Shown piece after piece: positions 8,107 through 18,460 of a stretch of 64,000 nt of DNA (position 1 is the stretch's first letter; each line of letters begins with the position of its first letter). The notes under the pieces were generated by a model. That model had not been told where the DNA came from. It was given only the letters and a program-made list of their open reading frames with translations, and searched no databases. The stretch spans positions 151,073-215,072 of the forward strand of contig DHGX01000001.1 of assembly GCA_002402995.1 (NCBI GenBank), written 5' to 3'. A program made the position numbers and the translations under genes. Origin of the DNA: Patescibacteria group bacterium UBA4787 (GTDB taxonomy: Bacteria > Patescibacteriota > Patescibacteriia > UBA2591 > UBA4787).

Positions 8107-10974
8107 TTATCTTATTTCAATGTTGATTTCATCCGCCGGTATTGGATTATTTTCTGCATCCAAGGCTTCAATTTTTAATTTATAATTTCCGATAGGCGCG
8201 CTCTGCCAGTTAAGTGTAAATCTCCCGCTGCGATTGGGACTGTTAATGTCAGCGATAACACTTTCTTTTCCAGAAGGATTTATAAGTTTAAAACTAATAG
8301 AGTCAATAGAAATCGCCGGAGTCAAAATGGAAATATTTAAAGGAAAATTTTCGCGATAAATAGTCTGATTATTTTGCGGATTCAGCCAGATTATTTTTTG
8401 CGGGACTAAGCTATTTGTATTGAATTTAATAGAAGCGCTTCCGCTATTATCAATATCGTCGTAGGCTATGACTTTAAGCGTATGTTCACCGGAATTTAGC
8501 CCGGTTGCATTAATTTGACAATTGGAATTTGGATAATAATTGCCGTCAGCTAATTTTTCATCAACAAAACATTCAAAACGCGATATGCCGCGCCGCGCGT
8601 TAGCCGAAATATTTACGATTAATGCTTCACCATTAATCCATTCATTGTTGTCAGGAGAAATTATATTGACAATCGGTTGATTTTCCGGAACATGGAGATC
8701 GTCATATTCGGTCGGAGGCATCTCGTTGCTTAATTTATTTTTATCCATCCACTTCTTAACGCCGTTTTCCCAGCGGTTAAATTGCGGATCGTTTTCAGGA
8801 TGTTCCGGAGGCGGTCCAAGTGGATTGTCTTTATCTATATAATAGAGAATTTCGTGCCAGATGAGATATTTTTTTTCTATAATATAAGACGTCGGCGTGA
8901 GATTGGTGGCTAATTTGTTTGAAGCTTTGTCTATTTCGACGATCGTTTCGCCGGCTTGGCCGTTTAAAACCGGCTTGTCGGTGGTGATCGGACTTGGTGG
9001 ATTAAATCTTTCTATCGGCGTGTTAGCTAAAACGCGATTCATAAAATTATGCCAAATGGGTGCGGCTACTATCACACCATCTGATTTAAATTTCATTGCT
9101 GTATTGTCGCTGTTACCCACCCATACGCCGCAAACCAAAGAGGGCGTATAGCCGATTGTCCAGCCGTCGCGCCAGTCATTAGTGGTGCCCGTTTTAGCCG
9201 CTACAAGGCGATCCGGTAAGATTAAAGGAGAATTAGCGCCGAAAATAAAAGCGCGCGTTTGATTGTCGCTCAAAATATCGGTAATTTGTCTGGCAACTTG
9301 CGCTGGAATAATCTCTTCTTCGGAAATATCCCGCGACTTAAATTCTTCCAGGGTTTTCCCGTTGCCATCTTCCACTTTTAAAATGGCAATTGCGTTAATT
9401 TTCTTACCTTCGCGCGCTAACGAGCCGAAAGCCGCTGTATGTTCTAAGAGTTTTACTTCGGCCCCGCCTAAAACCAAAGATAAACCAAAGCGAGAAGGAT
9501 CAGCGAGCGTGGTATAACCGAATTTTTGAGCTAGATTAATTACGCTATTAACGCCAGTCAAATAAATTGTTTTAACCGCGGGAATATTAAGCGAGCCGGC
9601 CAGAGCTTGGCGAATAGTGACTGGTCCGCGCTCTTTGGCGTCATAATTATGCGGGATATAATCTTTACCCGAGCCGGATGGTCCGAAATTAGTTTCAACA
9701 TCAAACAGGATCGTGTCCGGCGTAAAACCTTTTTGGAAGGTAGCCGAATAAACGATCGGCTTAAAAGAAGAGCCGGGTTGACGCGGACTTAAAACTACAT
9801 TGACATTAGGATCAAAATGGCAATTAATTCCCGGTTTGCATCCTTCGGGGCTGGGTTTTCCGAAATAGTCTTTAGAGCCAACCATAGCCAAAATTTCTCC
9901 AGTTTCGGCATTAATGGCTACCAAGGCGGCGTTGAAAGCGTTGTATTGTTTTTCGTTAATTTCTGCCTGTTTGATGACTTCCTCTTCGGCGATTTTCTGT
10001 TTTTCTAGATCAATCGAGGCAATGACCTTTAAGCCACCCTCAGTGACCTTATCTTCTCCATATTTTTTATATAATAAATCGCGGATATACATAACAAAAT
10101 GAGGCGCGACGATATTTTCGCGTCGAGGGATAATCTTTTTTAAAGTATCAACATCTTTCGCAGCTCGGGCTTTTTTTTCGTCGAGATAGCCAAGTTCGGC
10201 CATAGCGCTTAAAATCCAATTTTTCCGCTGTACAAGTTCCTGAAGATGCTCACCGTAAGGGGAATAATAGCTCGGCGCTTTGGGTAAGGCGGCCAATAAA
10301 GCGCTTTCATCTAATGTTAGATCCCGCGCCGATTTGTCAAAATATAATTTACTGGCCGCTTCTGCGCCGTAAGCGTTGGCGCCATAAGGAATTTCATTAA
10401 AGTACATTTGCAGGATTTCATCTTTAGAAAATCTCTTTTCTATTTGGTAAGCTAAAATTAATTCTTTAATTTTGCGACCGTAAGTTTTTTTGCTCGTTAG
10501 AAGAGCATTTTTTATAAATTGCTGGGTAATAGTTGAGCCACCCTGGACTTTTCCTAAATTTAAAACATTCATCAAAACCGCGCGCGTAATGCCCCTCCAA
10601 TTAAATCCCTGGTGTTTATAAAAATCGCGGTCTTCCACGACCAGTGTGGCGTTAATCAGGTCTCGCGGAATATCTTTTAAGGGGACAATAGTGCGGCGTT
10701 CAGCCGCGAAGAATTCATAAAGCAAATTTTTTCCTGTGCGGTCGTAAATTTTGGTGCTTTGCGGTACCTGTCGCTCTAATAATTTATCCGGAGAGGGCAG
10801 GTTACGGCTGATCGATCCAACTATTATCAGGAATAATATTGATCCAATTAAAAAAAGAAAAATTAAACTAGCAAAAACATTGCTCTTTTTTATGCGAGGG
10901 ATTTTTTTTATGGCTTTGCGGTATTTAATTGAGTGGGTGCGCCAACCCCTGGATTGTTTAGAAAGAATACTCAT
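8107..10974 (-). CDS. class A penicillin-binding protein (PBP1A family) with C-terminal Ig-like domains
   Basis: Transglycosylase EDRDFYKHQG, GGSTITQQ, RKIKE; transpeptidase SSFK, SLN, KTGT. Confidence 0.95.
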   Translation of the reverse strand: MSILSKQSRGWRTHSIKYRKAIKKIPRIKKSNVFASLIFLFLIGSILFLIIVGSISRNLPSPDKLLERQVPQSTKIYDRTGKNLLYEFFAAERRTIVPLKDIPRDLINATLVVEDRDFYKHQGFNWRGITRAVLMNVLNLGKVQGGSTITQQFIKNALLTSKKTYGRKIKELILAYQIEKRFSKDEILQMYFNEIPYGANAYGAEAASKLYFDKSARDLTLDESALLAALPKAPSYYSPYGEHLQELVQRKNWILSAMAELGYLDEKKARAAKDVDTLKKIIPRRENIVAPHFVMYIRDLLYKKYGEDKVTEGGLKVIASIDLEKQKIAEEEVIKQAEINEKQYNAFNAALVAINAETGEILAMVGSKDYFGKPSPEGCKPGINCHFDPNVNVVLSPRQPGSSFKPIVYSATFQKGFTPDTILFDVETNFGPSGSGKDYIPHNYDAKERGPVTIRQALAGSLNIPAVKTIYLTGVNSVINLAQKFGYTTLADPSRFGLSLVLGGAEVKLLEHTAAFGSLAREGKKINAIAILKVEDGNGKTLEEFKSRDISEEEIIPAQVARQITDILSDNQTRAFIFGANSPLILPDRLVAAKTGTTNDWRDGWTIGYTPSLVCGVWVGNSDNTAMKFKSDGVIVAAPIWHNFMNRVLANTPIERFNPPSPITTDKPVLNGQAGETIVEIDKASNKLATNLTPTSYIIEKKYLIWHEILYYIDKDNPLGPPPEHPENDPQFNRWENGVKKWMDKNKLSNEMPPTEYDDLHVPENQPIVNIISPDNNEWINGEALIVNISANARRGISRFECFVDEKLADGNYYPNSNCQINATGLNSGEHTLKVIAYDDIDNSGSASIKFNTNSLVPQKIIWLNPQNNQTIYRENFPLNISILTPAISIDSISFKLINPSGKESVIADINSPNRSGRFTLNWQSAPIGNYKLKIEALDAENNPIPADEINIEIR

Positions 10975-11029
10975 ATATCTATTTGTTGCGAGCCGATCAG
11001 GTTTTATATTAACACAATTTAAATAAAAG

Positions 11030-11061
11030 AAAAATCCCGATGATTTTTCATCGGGATTTTT
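11030..11061 (-). terminator. intrinsic terminator of the 11863-11068 unit
   Basis: AAAAATCCCGATGA-tttt-TCATCGGGATTTTT perfect stem with T-rich tails. Confidence 0.8.
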
Positions 11062-11067
11062 TGGAAT

Positions 11068-11481
11068 TTAGTTTGATGGCTGGAGAATACGCCAACCAAA
11101 ATATAGATCGAAAATAACCAGGTCCCCGCTACCGAAGGATTTTCCTTTCCCTGAAGCGAGGAAAACGCGATACTTGATCTTTACGATACTCTCGGTCACG
11201 GGCTCCGAGGAAACTATTCTGATGCTGTCGACGACCACTGAACTCGGCCACATTTGTCCGGCGCAGGCGCAAACGTCCATTAAGCGAATATTTTTTAAAG
11301 AGATCGCTTGTTGGAGCAGATTTTGCGATTTAACGCCCTGCCAATAATTTATCACCGTGGCTTCAGGTGTGGCGAAATATCTCCCGGGACCGTTCAAGAT
11401 CAATGGGATATTGCCCAGAGCGACCACGCCCAGAGAAATTATGACGATCTCCAGCGCTAAGTAAATCAGAAACTTTCTCAT
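11068..11481 (-). CDS. hypothetical membrane-anchored protein
   Basis: ATG at 11481 preceded by GGAGG; N-terminal TM; TPEATVINYW..WRI pattern. Confidence 0.65.
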   Translation of the reverse strand: MRKFLIYLALEIVIISLGVVALGNIPLILNGPGRYFATPEATVINYWQGVKSQNLLQQAISLKNIRLMDVCACAGQMWPSSVVVDSIRIVSSEPVTESIVKIKYRVFLASGKGKSFGSGDLVIFDLYFGWRILQPSN

Positions 11482-11482
11482 C

Positions 11483-11863
11483 TTAGAAACCTCCAAAAAT
11501 TAAAATTCGGACATGAATTATCAGCAAGAGTACTTCGACGGCAAACCAAAAATAAATTGGCCAACGATATTTCTTCCAGAGAGCGACGGCAAGCATCACC
11601 GCGAAGACAGTGAAAAGAATAATATGAAATACCAGCCAATTTTCTAAACCGTATTTCGTTTGGATAAAAGTCGGAAGAAGAGGGTTGAGCTCGGTAAGTA
11701 AGTCTTTTGAGATTTCGATGTAAGTAGCAACGCCGTCGAATATAGCTAAAATCAGCGAGGCAAGTAAAACAGCGATTGTCCAATTAAACTTTATGTCCGG
11801 ACCGACTAAAAGTCGGATGTGGCGCGGCTGGCTTATCAGCCAGCTTAGAAACTTTTTAAGCAT
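11483..11863 (-). CDS. DUF5658-like membrane protein
   Basis: ATG at 11863 preceded by AAAGGAG; FDGVATY..ELNPL motif; three TM segments. Confidence 0.65.
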   Translation of the reverse strand: MLKKFLSWLISQPRHIRLLVGPDIKFNWTIAVLLASLILAIFDGVATYIEISKDLLTELNPLLPTFIQTKYGLENWLVFHIILFTVFAVMLAVALWKKYRWPIYFWFAVEVLLLIIHVRILIFGGF

Positions 11864-11906
11864 GGCTGATTCTCCTTTTTGGTATTTATTTTTAAAGATC
11901 TTGTTT

Positions 11907-11983
11907 ATCGCCGAGCGAGTGAAGCAAAAAATTATCATTTTTTACTTCCGAATAAGCGCTGGCAACACAGGGTTTTGATACCC
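11907..11983 (+). repeat. TTTATT-family mini element, diverged copy A
   Basis: GAGCGAGTGAAGCAAAAAA-ttatca-TTTTTTACTTCCGAATAAGCGC..AACACAGGGT-tttgat-ACCC. Confidence 0.7.
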
Positions 11984-11994
11984 TCTATAATTAA

Positions 11995-12023
11995 ATTATG
12001 TCATTTTTTAGCTCATTTGTCAA
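11995..12023 (-). promoter_or_regulatory. sigma70-type promoter
   Basis: TTGACA-17 bp-CATAAT on minus strand. Confidence 0.7.
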
Positions 12024-12131
12024 GTTTATAAGTATTTTATTTTTTTGTCTAATTTGCTTGTAAAGACTTAAATTAAGTGATATAATTTAAAAGCATCCGA
12101 TTAAACTTAACTCTATCCTAAATTTTTTATT

Positions 12132-12749
12132 ATGTATATTTATTGGTATGGGCAAGCGGGTTTTAAATTTCAATCAGGTAACACAACTATCATTGTTGAT
12201 CCGTATAGTCCCCGCAAAGTCAGTTTACGCGGCCCGAATTTTAAATCGGACATTGCTTTATTGACGGATGGCTGTGACGTAGCACAGGCGAAAAAAGATT
12301 TTAAGGAAGAAACTTTTTTAATCTTCGCCCCGGGTGAATATGAGATTAAAAATAATTTTGTTTATGGCATAAAGATCGACGAGACTCAAACTATTTACCT
12401 TGTAGAAATGGAAGACATCAAGATAGGGGTTCTGGGTGAACTGAAAAATACTCTCAGCGAAAATATTATTGAGAAACTTGACGACGTGGATATCTTGTTG
12501 GTGCCAGTGGGCAACAAAAAAAGAGTTTTATCGCCCGACCAAGCGGCTAAATTAATTAAAGACATTGAACCAAAAATTCTTATTCCTTCTTGTTATAAAA
12601 TTCCAGGATTGAAAATAGAAGCAGAATCAATCGATGAATTTTATCGTGAAATGGGGTTGAAAAATCCGGAGGTTTTAGACAAAGCTCGAGTCACCACTAA
12701 AGATTTAGAGGACAAAGAAATGATGACTATTGTTTTGAACCCCTCTTAG
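12132..12749 (+). CDS. MBL-fold protein (Lactamase_B_3-like) lacking metal ligands
   Basis: WYGQAGFK..IVDPY, PGEYEI, DVDILLVPVG, IEPKILIP; no HxHxDH motif. Confidence 0.8.
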   Translation: MYIYWYGQAGFKFQSGNTTIIVDPYSPRKVSLRGPNFKSDIALLTDGCDVAQAKKDFKEETFLIFAPGEYEIKNNFVYGIKIDETQTIYLVEMEDIKIGVLGELKNTLSENIIEKLDDVDILLVPVGNKKRVLSPDQAAKLIKDIEPKILIPSCYKIPGLKIEAESIDEFYREMGLKNPEVLDKARVTTKDLEDKEMMTIVLNPS

Positions 12750-12754
12750 AGTAT

Positions 12755-13054
12755 ATGAATAAAATTAAATTATCACCGAATCAAAAGATTGTTTTTATCT
12801 CAGTAGGCATTGTTGTTTTAATTTTTATTTTGTGGGTATTTAATTTTAGATCATTCGTCCAAAGAAATTTCAAAAAAGAAGATACTTTATTGCAAATTTT
12901 CCGACAGAACCTCAAAGACTTTATAGGCTTAGAAAAGCCTAAAAATAATATGAAAGTGATGCCACCCGAGAACGAGAATAAGATTGATAGCGACAATATG
13001 ACATCTGAGCAAATAGAAATTTTAAAACAAAAAATTCTCGATAAAACAAAATAA
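12755..13054 (+). CDS. single-TM hypothetical protein
   Basis: 99 aa ORF whose stop overlaps the gyrA ORF start. Confidence 0.7.
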   Translation: MNKIKLSPNQKIVFISVGIVVLIFILWVFNFRSFVQRNFKKEDTLLQIFRQNLKDFIGLEKPKNNMKVMPPENENKIDSDNMTSEQIEILKQKILDKTK

Positions 13055-15612
13055 TGAAAAAGAAAGATTTTAAAACTAAATTAAAAAATAAATCCAAGGA
13101 GAATCGAAAAGACTCCTTGGCGGAGATGTCTAACAATAACGTCCAGTCTAGTCATCAAAACATTGAAATCGTCGCGCTCGAGCAGGAGGTTCAGAGTTGT
13201 TATTTGGATTATGCTATGTCGGTTATTATTCAACGCGCTTTGCCGGATGTGCGAGATGGTTTAAAGCCGGTGCATCGTCGTATTTTGTATGCAATGTGGC
13301 GTTTGGGTTTACGTTCCGGCGGAAGATTTAGAAAATCGGCTACGGTTGTTGGTGAAGTTTTGGGCAAATTCCATCCGCACGGCGATCTTGCGGTTTATGG
13401 AGCTATGGCGCATATGGTACAAGACTTTGCTATGCGTTATCCTTTGATTTGGGGCCAAGGAAATTTCGGTTCAATTGACGGAGATTCTCCGGCGGCTATG
13501 CGTTATACAGAGGCAAAACTTAATAAACTAGCAGAAGAGCTTTTGGCAGACATTGACAAGAATGTAGTTGATTTTGTTCCTAGTTATGACGGCACTCTTA
13601 AAGAGCCATTGGTTTTACCAACCAGATTCCCTAATCTTTTATTGAATGGTACTTTGGGTATCGCAGTCGGCATGGCCACAAATATTCCGCCGCATAACTT
13701 GAAAGAAATTTGCGCGGCTACCTCTTATCTCGTTGATCATCCAAATGCGGACGTAGACGAATTAACAGATTTTATCAAAGGTCCTGATTTTCCCACTGGC
13801 GGCTTAATTTTTCAACCAGCGGAAATAAAACAGGCCTATGCTTTAGGCAAGGGTCCGGTGGTGATTAGGGCCAAAACAGATATTGTTGAAATCGCTAATG
13901 GCCAATTTCAAATTATTGTTTCCGAAATTCCTTTTCAGGTTAACAAATCAACTTTACTGGAAAAAATTGCCGACTTAACGCGCGATAAAAAACTAGAAGA
14001 CATTCGCGACATTAGAGATGAATCGGACAGAGAAGGGATTAGAATAGTGATTGAACTAAAAAAGAATACTTATCCACAAAAAGTTTTAAATCAATTATTT
14101 AAAATGACCGAGCTACAAACCACTTTCCATATTAATATGGTGGCTTTAGTCGACGGCCTACAGCCCAGGCTTTTAAATTTAAAATCTGTTTTAGAAGAAT
14201 ACATTAAACATCATCAACTAGTGGTTCGTCGCCGGACCGAATACGATTTAGAAAAAATTAAAGAAAGGATACATGTCTTGAAAGGATTAAAAATTGCGCT
14301 TGATCACATTGACGAGATTATTAGAACCATTAAAAAATCTAAGAACCGAGATGACGCTAAAATAAACTTAATACATAAATTTAAATTATCTGAAACGCAG
14401 ACGAACGCAATTTTAGACATAAAACTTCAGCAATTGGCGGCATTAGAGCGAGAGAAAATAGAAGCAGAACTCAAAGAGAAATTGGCTATACAAAAAGAAT
14501 TTGAAGAAATTTTATCCAGCCCCAAAAATATTTTGAAAGTTGTTAAAAGCGAAATTAATTCGATTTCCGAAAAATATGGCGATGAACGCAAGACACAAAT
14601 TGTCGGCGGCTCTATCACCGAATTTAAACAAGAGGATTTAATACCCAATGAACCTACCCTGGTTATCATCACGCGAGATGGTTACATAAAAAGATTAAGT
14701 CCGGATACTTTCAAGACGCAGAATCGTGGCGGCAAAGGAGTTATTGGCTTGGAAACCAAGGAAGAGGATTTGGTCGAGAGACTGATTATGACCAATACGC
14801 ACGCAGATTTATTTTTCTTCACCACCAAGGGCAGGGTATTTAATTTAAAGGCTTATGATATTCCGGTGGGTTCTCGTGTGGCTGGCGGCAGGGCGATTGT
14901 TAATTTTTTGCAAATTGAAAGTATCGAAAAAATTTCAGCCGTCCTGCATTTAGATATTTCGCCTAATAAAGTATCAAAAGAACAAAAATATTTAATTATG
15001 GCCACCAAACACGGCATCATTAAAAGGGTACAAATTAGTGAATTCGCGAATGTTCGCCGTTCTGGTTTAATAGCCTTAAAATTAAAAGGCGACGATACTT
15101 TAAATTGGGTGAAATTAGCAGAAGCCGGACAAGAGGTAATTATGATCACAGCCAATGGACAATCTTTAAGATTCAAAGATAAAGATTTGAGACCAATGGG
15201 TCGCGCCGCCACTGGCGTTAAAGGTATGCGTCTTAGGACCGACGATCAGGTAGTGGGCATGGATTTATTGTCGGCCAAGAATTTTTCTACGGGACGCATT
15301 TTGGTGGTCGGTGAAACGGGATTCGGGAAACAAACACCCGTTTCGCAATATCGCTTGCAGCGCCGTGGGGGCAGTGGCACCAAAACAGCCAAAATCACTC
15401 CTAAAACGGGCAAGCTGGTAGTCGGCATGTTTATTGACGAAAAGAACAAACAAGAATCTTTCGAAGAAGATTTGTTGATTGTTTCACAACTTGGTCAGAT
15501 TATCCGTCTGCCTCTTAAAAGTGTTTCACTTTCCGGCCGGGCTGCTCAGGGTGTAAGATTAATGCGCTTTAAAGAAGCAAAAGATAAGGCAGCCTCGGTT
15601 ATTTTGATATAA
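13054..15612 (+). CDS. gyrA: DNA gyrase subunit A
   Basis: [28 protein letters not shown] catalytic Tyr, GyrA-box QNRGGKG, beta-pinwheel repeats. Confidence 0.97.
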   Translation: MKKKDFKTKLKNKSKENRKDSLAEMSNNNVQSSHQNIEIVALEQEVQSCYLDYAMSVIIQRALPDVRDGLKPVHRRILYAMWRLGLRSGGRFRKSATVVGEVLGKFHPHGDLAVYGAMAHMVQDFAMRYPLIWGQGNFGSIDGDSPAAMRYTEAKLNKLAEELLADIDKNVVDFVPSYDGTLKEPLVLPTRFPNLLLNGTLGIAVGMATNIPPHNLKEICAATSYLVDHPNADVDELTDFIKGPDFPTGGLIFQPAEIKQAYALGKGPVVIRAKTDIVEIANGQFQIIVSEIPFQVNKSTLLEKIADLTRDKKLEDIRDIRDESDREGIRIVIELKKNTYPQKVLNQLFKMTELQTTFHINMVALVDGLQPRLLNLKSVLEEYIKHHQLVVRRRTEYDLEKIKERIHVLKGLKIALDHIDEIIRTIKKSKNRDDAKINLIHKFKLSETQTNAILDIKLQQLAALEREKIEAELKEKLAIQKEFEEILSSPKNILKVVKSEINSISEKYGDERKTQIVGGSITEFKQEDLIPNEPTLVIITRDGYIKRLSPDTFKTQNRGGKGVIGLETKEEDLVERLIMTNTHADLFFFTTKGRVFNLKAYDIPVGSRVAGGRAIVNFLQIESIEKISAVLHLDISPNKVSKEQKYLIMATKHGIIKRVQISEFANVRRSGLIALKLKGDDTLNWVKLAEAGQEVIMITANGQSLRFKDKDLRPMGRAATGVKGMRLRTDDQVVGMDLLSAKNFSTGRILVVGETGFGKQTPVSQYRLQRRGGSGTKTAKITPKTGKLVVGMFIDEKNKQESFEEDLLIVSQLGQIIRLPLKSVSLSGRAAQGVRLMRFKEAKDKAASVILI

Positions 15613-15620
15613 TCTACGGT

Positions 15621-15653
15621 GGGCTTGACCAGACCTTATTCAAGCCCTACAAT
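15621..15653 (+). promoter_or_regulatory. promoter of the SBP-pilin unit overlapped by an inverted repeat
   Basis: TTGACC-17 bp-TACAAT; GGGCTTGA/TCAAGCCC inverted repeat at 15621-15647. Confidence 0.6.
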
Positions 15654-15672
15654 TAATTCATATTAAATTGAT

Positions 15673-17043
15673 ATGAAAAACCCAAAAATAATATTATTAA
15701 TTTTATTAATCGGCGCTTTATTGGTCAGTGGTTTTCAGTGCAAGCTTTTTCCCCAATCAAAGATTGTGGTTAATAAGGTTAAGCCTATTACTTTGAATTA
15801 TTGGCGCGTTAACGACGGGCCGGATAATTTTAGCGATATTATTTTAGCATTCCGTAAGGTTTATAGTCATATCAATATCAATTATCGGCAGTTTAGACTG
15901 GAAGAATACGAAATGGCCCTTTTGGAGGCTTGGGCTGAAGATCGGGGGCCGGATATTTTTTCTGTTCCGAACGCCTGGCTTGGGAAGTATGAAACAAAAA
16001 TTTTACCTATGCCTCAAGAAATTAATGTTGGTCGCCAAGTTTTGACAGGAACCATCAAAAAAGATTATAAAGTTATCTTAGAGACAAAAAAAATTCCTAC
16101 TACACGAGAATTTAAGGAGACTTATGTTGACACTGTTTTTCAGGATGTTTATCGGCAAAATAAATTATGGGGAGTACCTTTGACTCTTGATACTTTAGCT
16201 CTTTATTATAATCGCGATCTTTTAAATAGTGCGAAAATAGTTGACCCCCCGAAAACTTGGCAGGAATTCGTGGAAGACGTTAGATTAACCACAATAAAAG
16301 ATCGGACTGGAGACATAATTCAATCTGGTGTGGCAATGGGGACGGCTGATAATATACCGAACAGTATAGATGTTCTTTCTTTGTTAATGTTGCAGAACGA
16401 GACTCAAATGATCGCTCCTTCCGGAATTGGCACGGCCATGGAAAGTTCGTCATTGTCGGATAGTAATTATTATCCAGGAGAGGAAGCTTTGCGTTTTTAT
16501 ACGGACTTTGCTAACCCAACCAAAGAAACTTATTCTTGGAATAAAAAAATGCCAGACGCTTTAGAGATATTCGTTCAAGGGAAAAGCGCATTTTTTATCG
16601 GTGACTCGACTTATTTAGATATAATTAGAACAAGCGCGCCAAAATTAAACTTCGATATCGCTAAAATGCCGCAGATAGAGGGTTCAATTAGAGAGATAAA
16701 TTATGCTAATTATTGGGTTGAAGTCGCTGCTAAAAAAACAGTCTATCCGAATGAAGCATGGAATTTTCTTCTCTTTATGAGCGATCCGTTAAACGTTAAG
16801 TCTTATCTTAACCGCGCAAAACATCCTACAGCGCACAGAGCCTTGATCAAGGATCAGTTGGAAGACATAGACTTAGCGCCTTTTGTGAATGAAGTTTTAA
16901 CTGCTAGGTCGTGGTATTTAGGCAAAGATTATAGGGCCACAGGAGTATTCTTTAAACAAATGATAAACGATGTTTTAGACGGCAGAAAAAGTATTAAAGA
17001 GGCTATTAGTTTTTGCGCTCAACAAGTCAATCAAACTTATTAA
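15673..17043 (+). CDS. extracellular solute-binding protein (carbohydrate ABC type), no permease nearby
   Basis: GPDIF, GVPLTLDTLALYYNRDLL, PPKTWQEF, FVQGKSAF, EAWNFLLF. Confidence 0.88.
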   Translation: MKNPKIILLILLIGALLVSGFQCKLFPQSKIVVNKVKPITLNYWRVNDGPDNFSDIILAFRKVYSHININYRQFRLEEYEMALLEAWAEDRGPDIFSVPNAWLGKYETKILPMPQEINVGRQVLTGTIKKDYKVILETKKIPTTREFKETYVDTVFQDVYRQNKLWGVPLTLDTLALYYNRDLLNSAKIVDPPKTWQEFVEDVRLTTIKDRTGDIIQSGVAMGTADNIPNSIDVLSLLMLQNETQMIAPSGIGTAMESSSLSDSNYYPGEEALRFYTDFANPTKETYSWNKKMPDALEIFVQGKSAFFIGDSTYLDIIRTSAPKLNFDIAKMPQIEGSIREINYANYWVEVAAKKTVYPNEAWNFLLFMSDPLNVKSYLNRAKHPTAHRALIKDQLEDIDLAPFVNEVLTARSWYLGKDYRATGVFFKQMINDVLDGRKSIKEAISFCAQQVNQTY

Positions 17044-17054
17044 ATTAATTTAAA

Positions 17055-17070
17055 TCCGCCAGCTGGCGGA
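17055..17070. repeat. REP-like perfect palindrome
   Basis: TCCGCCAGCTGGCGGA, identical to 37677-37692. Confidence 0.8.
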
Positions 17071-17110
17071 CAATTCCGCCGCCCGAGAAGACAAAATTAT
17101 AATTAGAAAT

Positions 17111-17851
17111 ATGCATAACAAAAAAATAAAAATCATAATCGTCACTATTTTTTTGACTGGACTGGTCATTTCTCCTTTATTTGTTTTTGCTGAAACGGTT
17201 ATTTGTAACGGTGTTCCTGTTGAATGTGAAACAGGAGGATTGATTAGGAGTAAAGAGTGTGTTTGCTGCGGTGATTGTACTTTAACCGACGCTTTGGCGG
17301 TTTTTATCAATGTGGCAGATTTAATTTTAAAATATGTCGGCGTAGTTGCGCTTCTTATGTTGATCTTTGGCGGAGTTTTATGGATTTTGTCCGGCGGCAA
17401 CGAGAGCCAGATTAAAAAAGGCAAAGATGTTATAAAATATACTTTTTTGGGCATTATTATAATTTTTACCGCGTGGGTTATTGTCAATTTTGTGATTGAT
17501 AAGTTGGTGGTTGATAAATCAATTTTTCAAGGAACTTGGTGGGGCGGAAAAGAGAAAACCGATTGTTCTCAGACATGGAAAGACTGTATGGACTATGGCC
17601 ATATTGACGAAGGTGCGATTTGGGCACCCGGTTGTCAAAATGATAGCATTAGAGATGTACAAGAGAATTTAAATCGCCTTAATTGCGCGACTCCGAAATT
17701 AACAATTGACGGTTGTTTTGGTCCGCAAACCAGCTCCGCTTTATCCAAATTCCAGACAAATAAGGTCGTTGGTTCGGTTGGCGGCAGTTTGGATTGGCAA
17801 ACCTATGATGCTTTAATGGCCTCCGAGTCTAATAATTGTGAAGCGAAGTAA
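17111..17851 (+). CDS. Cys-rich T4SS/TrbC-VirB2-type pilin fused to a peptidoglycan-binding-like domain
   Basis: Pilin core GGVLWILSGGNESQIKKGK..GIIIIFTAWVIVN; C-terminal RDVQENLN..IDGCFGPQTSSALSKFQ. Confidence 0.8.
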   Translation: MHNKKIKIIIVTIFLTGLVISPLFVFAETVICNGVPVECETGGLIRSKECVCCGDCTLTDALAVFINVADLILKYVGVVALLMLIFGGVLWILSGGNESQIKKGKDVIKYTFLGIIIIFTAWVIVNFVIDKLVVDKSIFQGTWWGGKEKTDCSQTWKDCMDYGHIDEGAIWAPGCQNDSIRDVQENLNRLNCATPKLTIDGCFGPQTSSALSKFQTNKVVGSVGGSLDWQTYDALMASESNNCEAK

Positions 17852-17875
17852 TTAAAATAATATATTAATAACCCA

Positions 17876-18247
17876 TTGTTTATTATGATGAAAAATAAGA
17901 ATAAACTTTTGCTGGCCCTCATCTTAATTTTAGTGGCTATTCCTGTTTTGGCTATCGCTGACAGCCAAGGCAGTGCTGAATTACCAAATCCTTTGGGCGA
18001 TACTAAAGATATACCGTCTTTAGTCGCCAACCTTATTAAAGTGGTTTTAGGCTTAGTCGGCGTTCTGGCTTTAGTGATGTTTATATACGGCGGTATTCTG
18101 TGGATGACTTCCGGTGGCAACGAACAAAAGATTAAGAAAGGAAAAGATACTCTGGTCTGGGCAACACTCGGTTTGGCGATTATTTTCTTTAGTTACGCGA
18201 TAGTTAATTTTGTTTTAGAAACCATTTTGACGAAAGTAAGACAATAA
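17876..18247 (+). CDS. T4SS/TrbC-VirB2-type pilin
   Basis: LPNPLG; YGGILWMTSGGNEQKIKKGKDTLVWATLGLAIIFFSYAIV. Confidence 0.85.
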   Translation: MFIMMKNKNKLLLALILILVAIPVLAIADSQGSAELPNPLGDTKDIPSLVANLIKVVLGLVGVLALVMFIYGGILWMTSGGNEQKIKKGKDTLVWATLGLAIIFFSYAIVNFVLETILTKVRQ

Positions 18248-18248
18248 A

Positions 18249-18329
18249 GGGCATTAACCCAGAAGTAATGCCCTGTGTTATCCGCGCTCGCTCGGAAATG
18301 AAAATATATTTTCATTTCGCTCGCTTGAT
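18249..18329 (-). repeat. TTTATT-family mini element, copy B
   Basis: Reverse complement ATCAAGCGAGCGAAATGAAAATATATTTTCATTTCCGAGCGAGCGCGGATAACACAGGGCATTA..TAATGCCC, flanked by TCTATT/TTTATT. Confidence 0.85.
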
Positions 18330-18350
18330 AATAGACGGGAGTCAAATGGG

Positions 18351-18394
18351 TGTGGATAATTTTTATTGACGCTTTGCTCTTTTAACCCTACTAT
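18351..18394 (+). promoter_or_regulatory. DnaA-box match plus sigma70 promoter of pilin 18461
   Basis: TGTGGATAA (18351-18359), then TTGACG-17 bp-TACTAT. Confidence 0.6.
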
Positions 18395-18460
18395 TAATAT
18401 ATAATTTATTTCTAATAAAAACGTCCCTTAATAAGGGCGGACTAAAAAGAGGCTTAAAAT

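Noticed and set aside
14070-14078. Perfect DnaA box TTATCCACA inside gyrA
   Set aside because: A single coding-region match encoding TYPQ; no cluster suggesting oriC.
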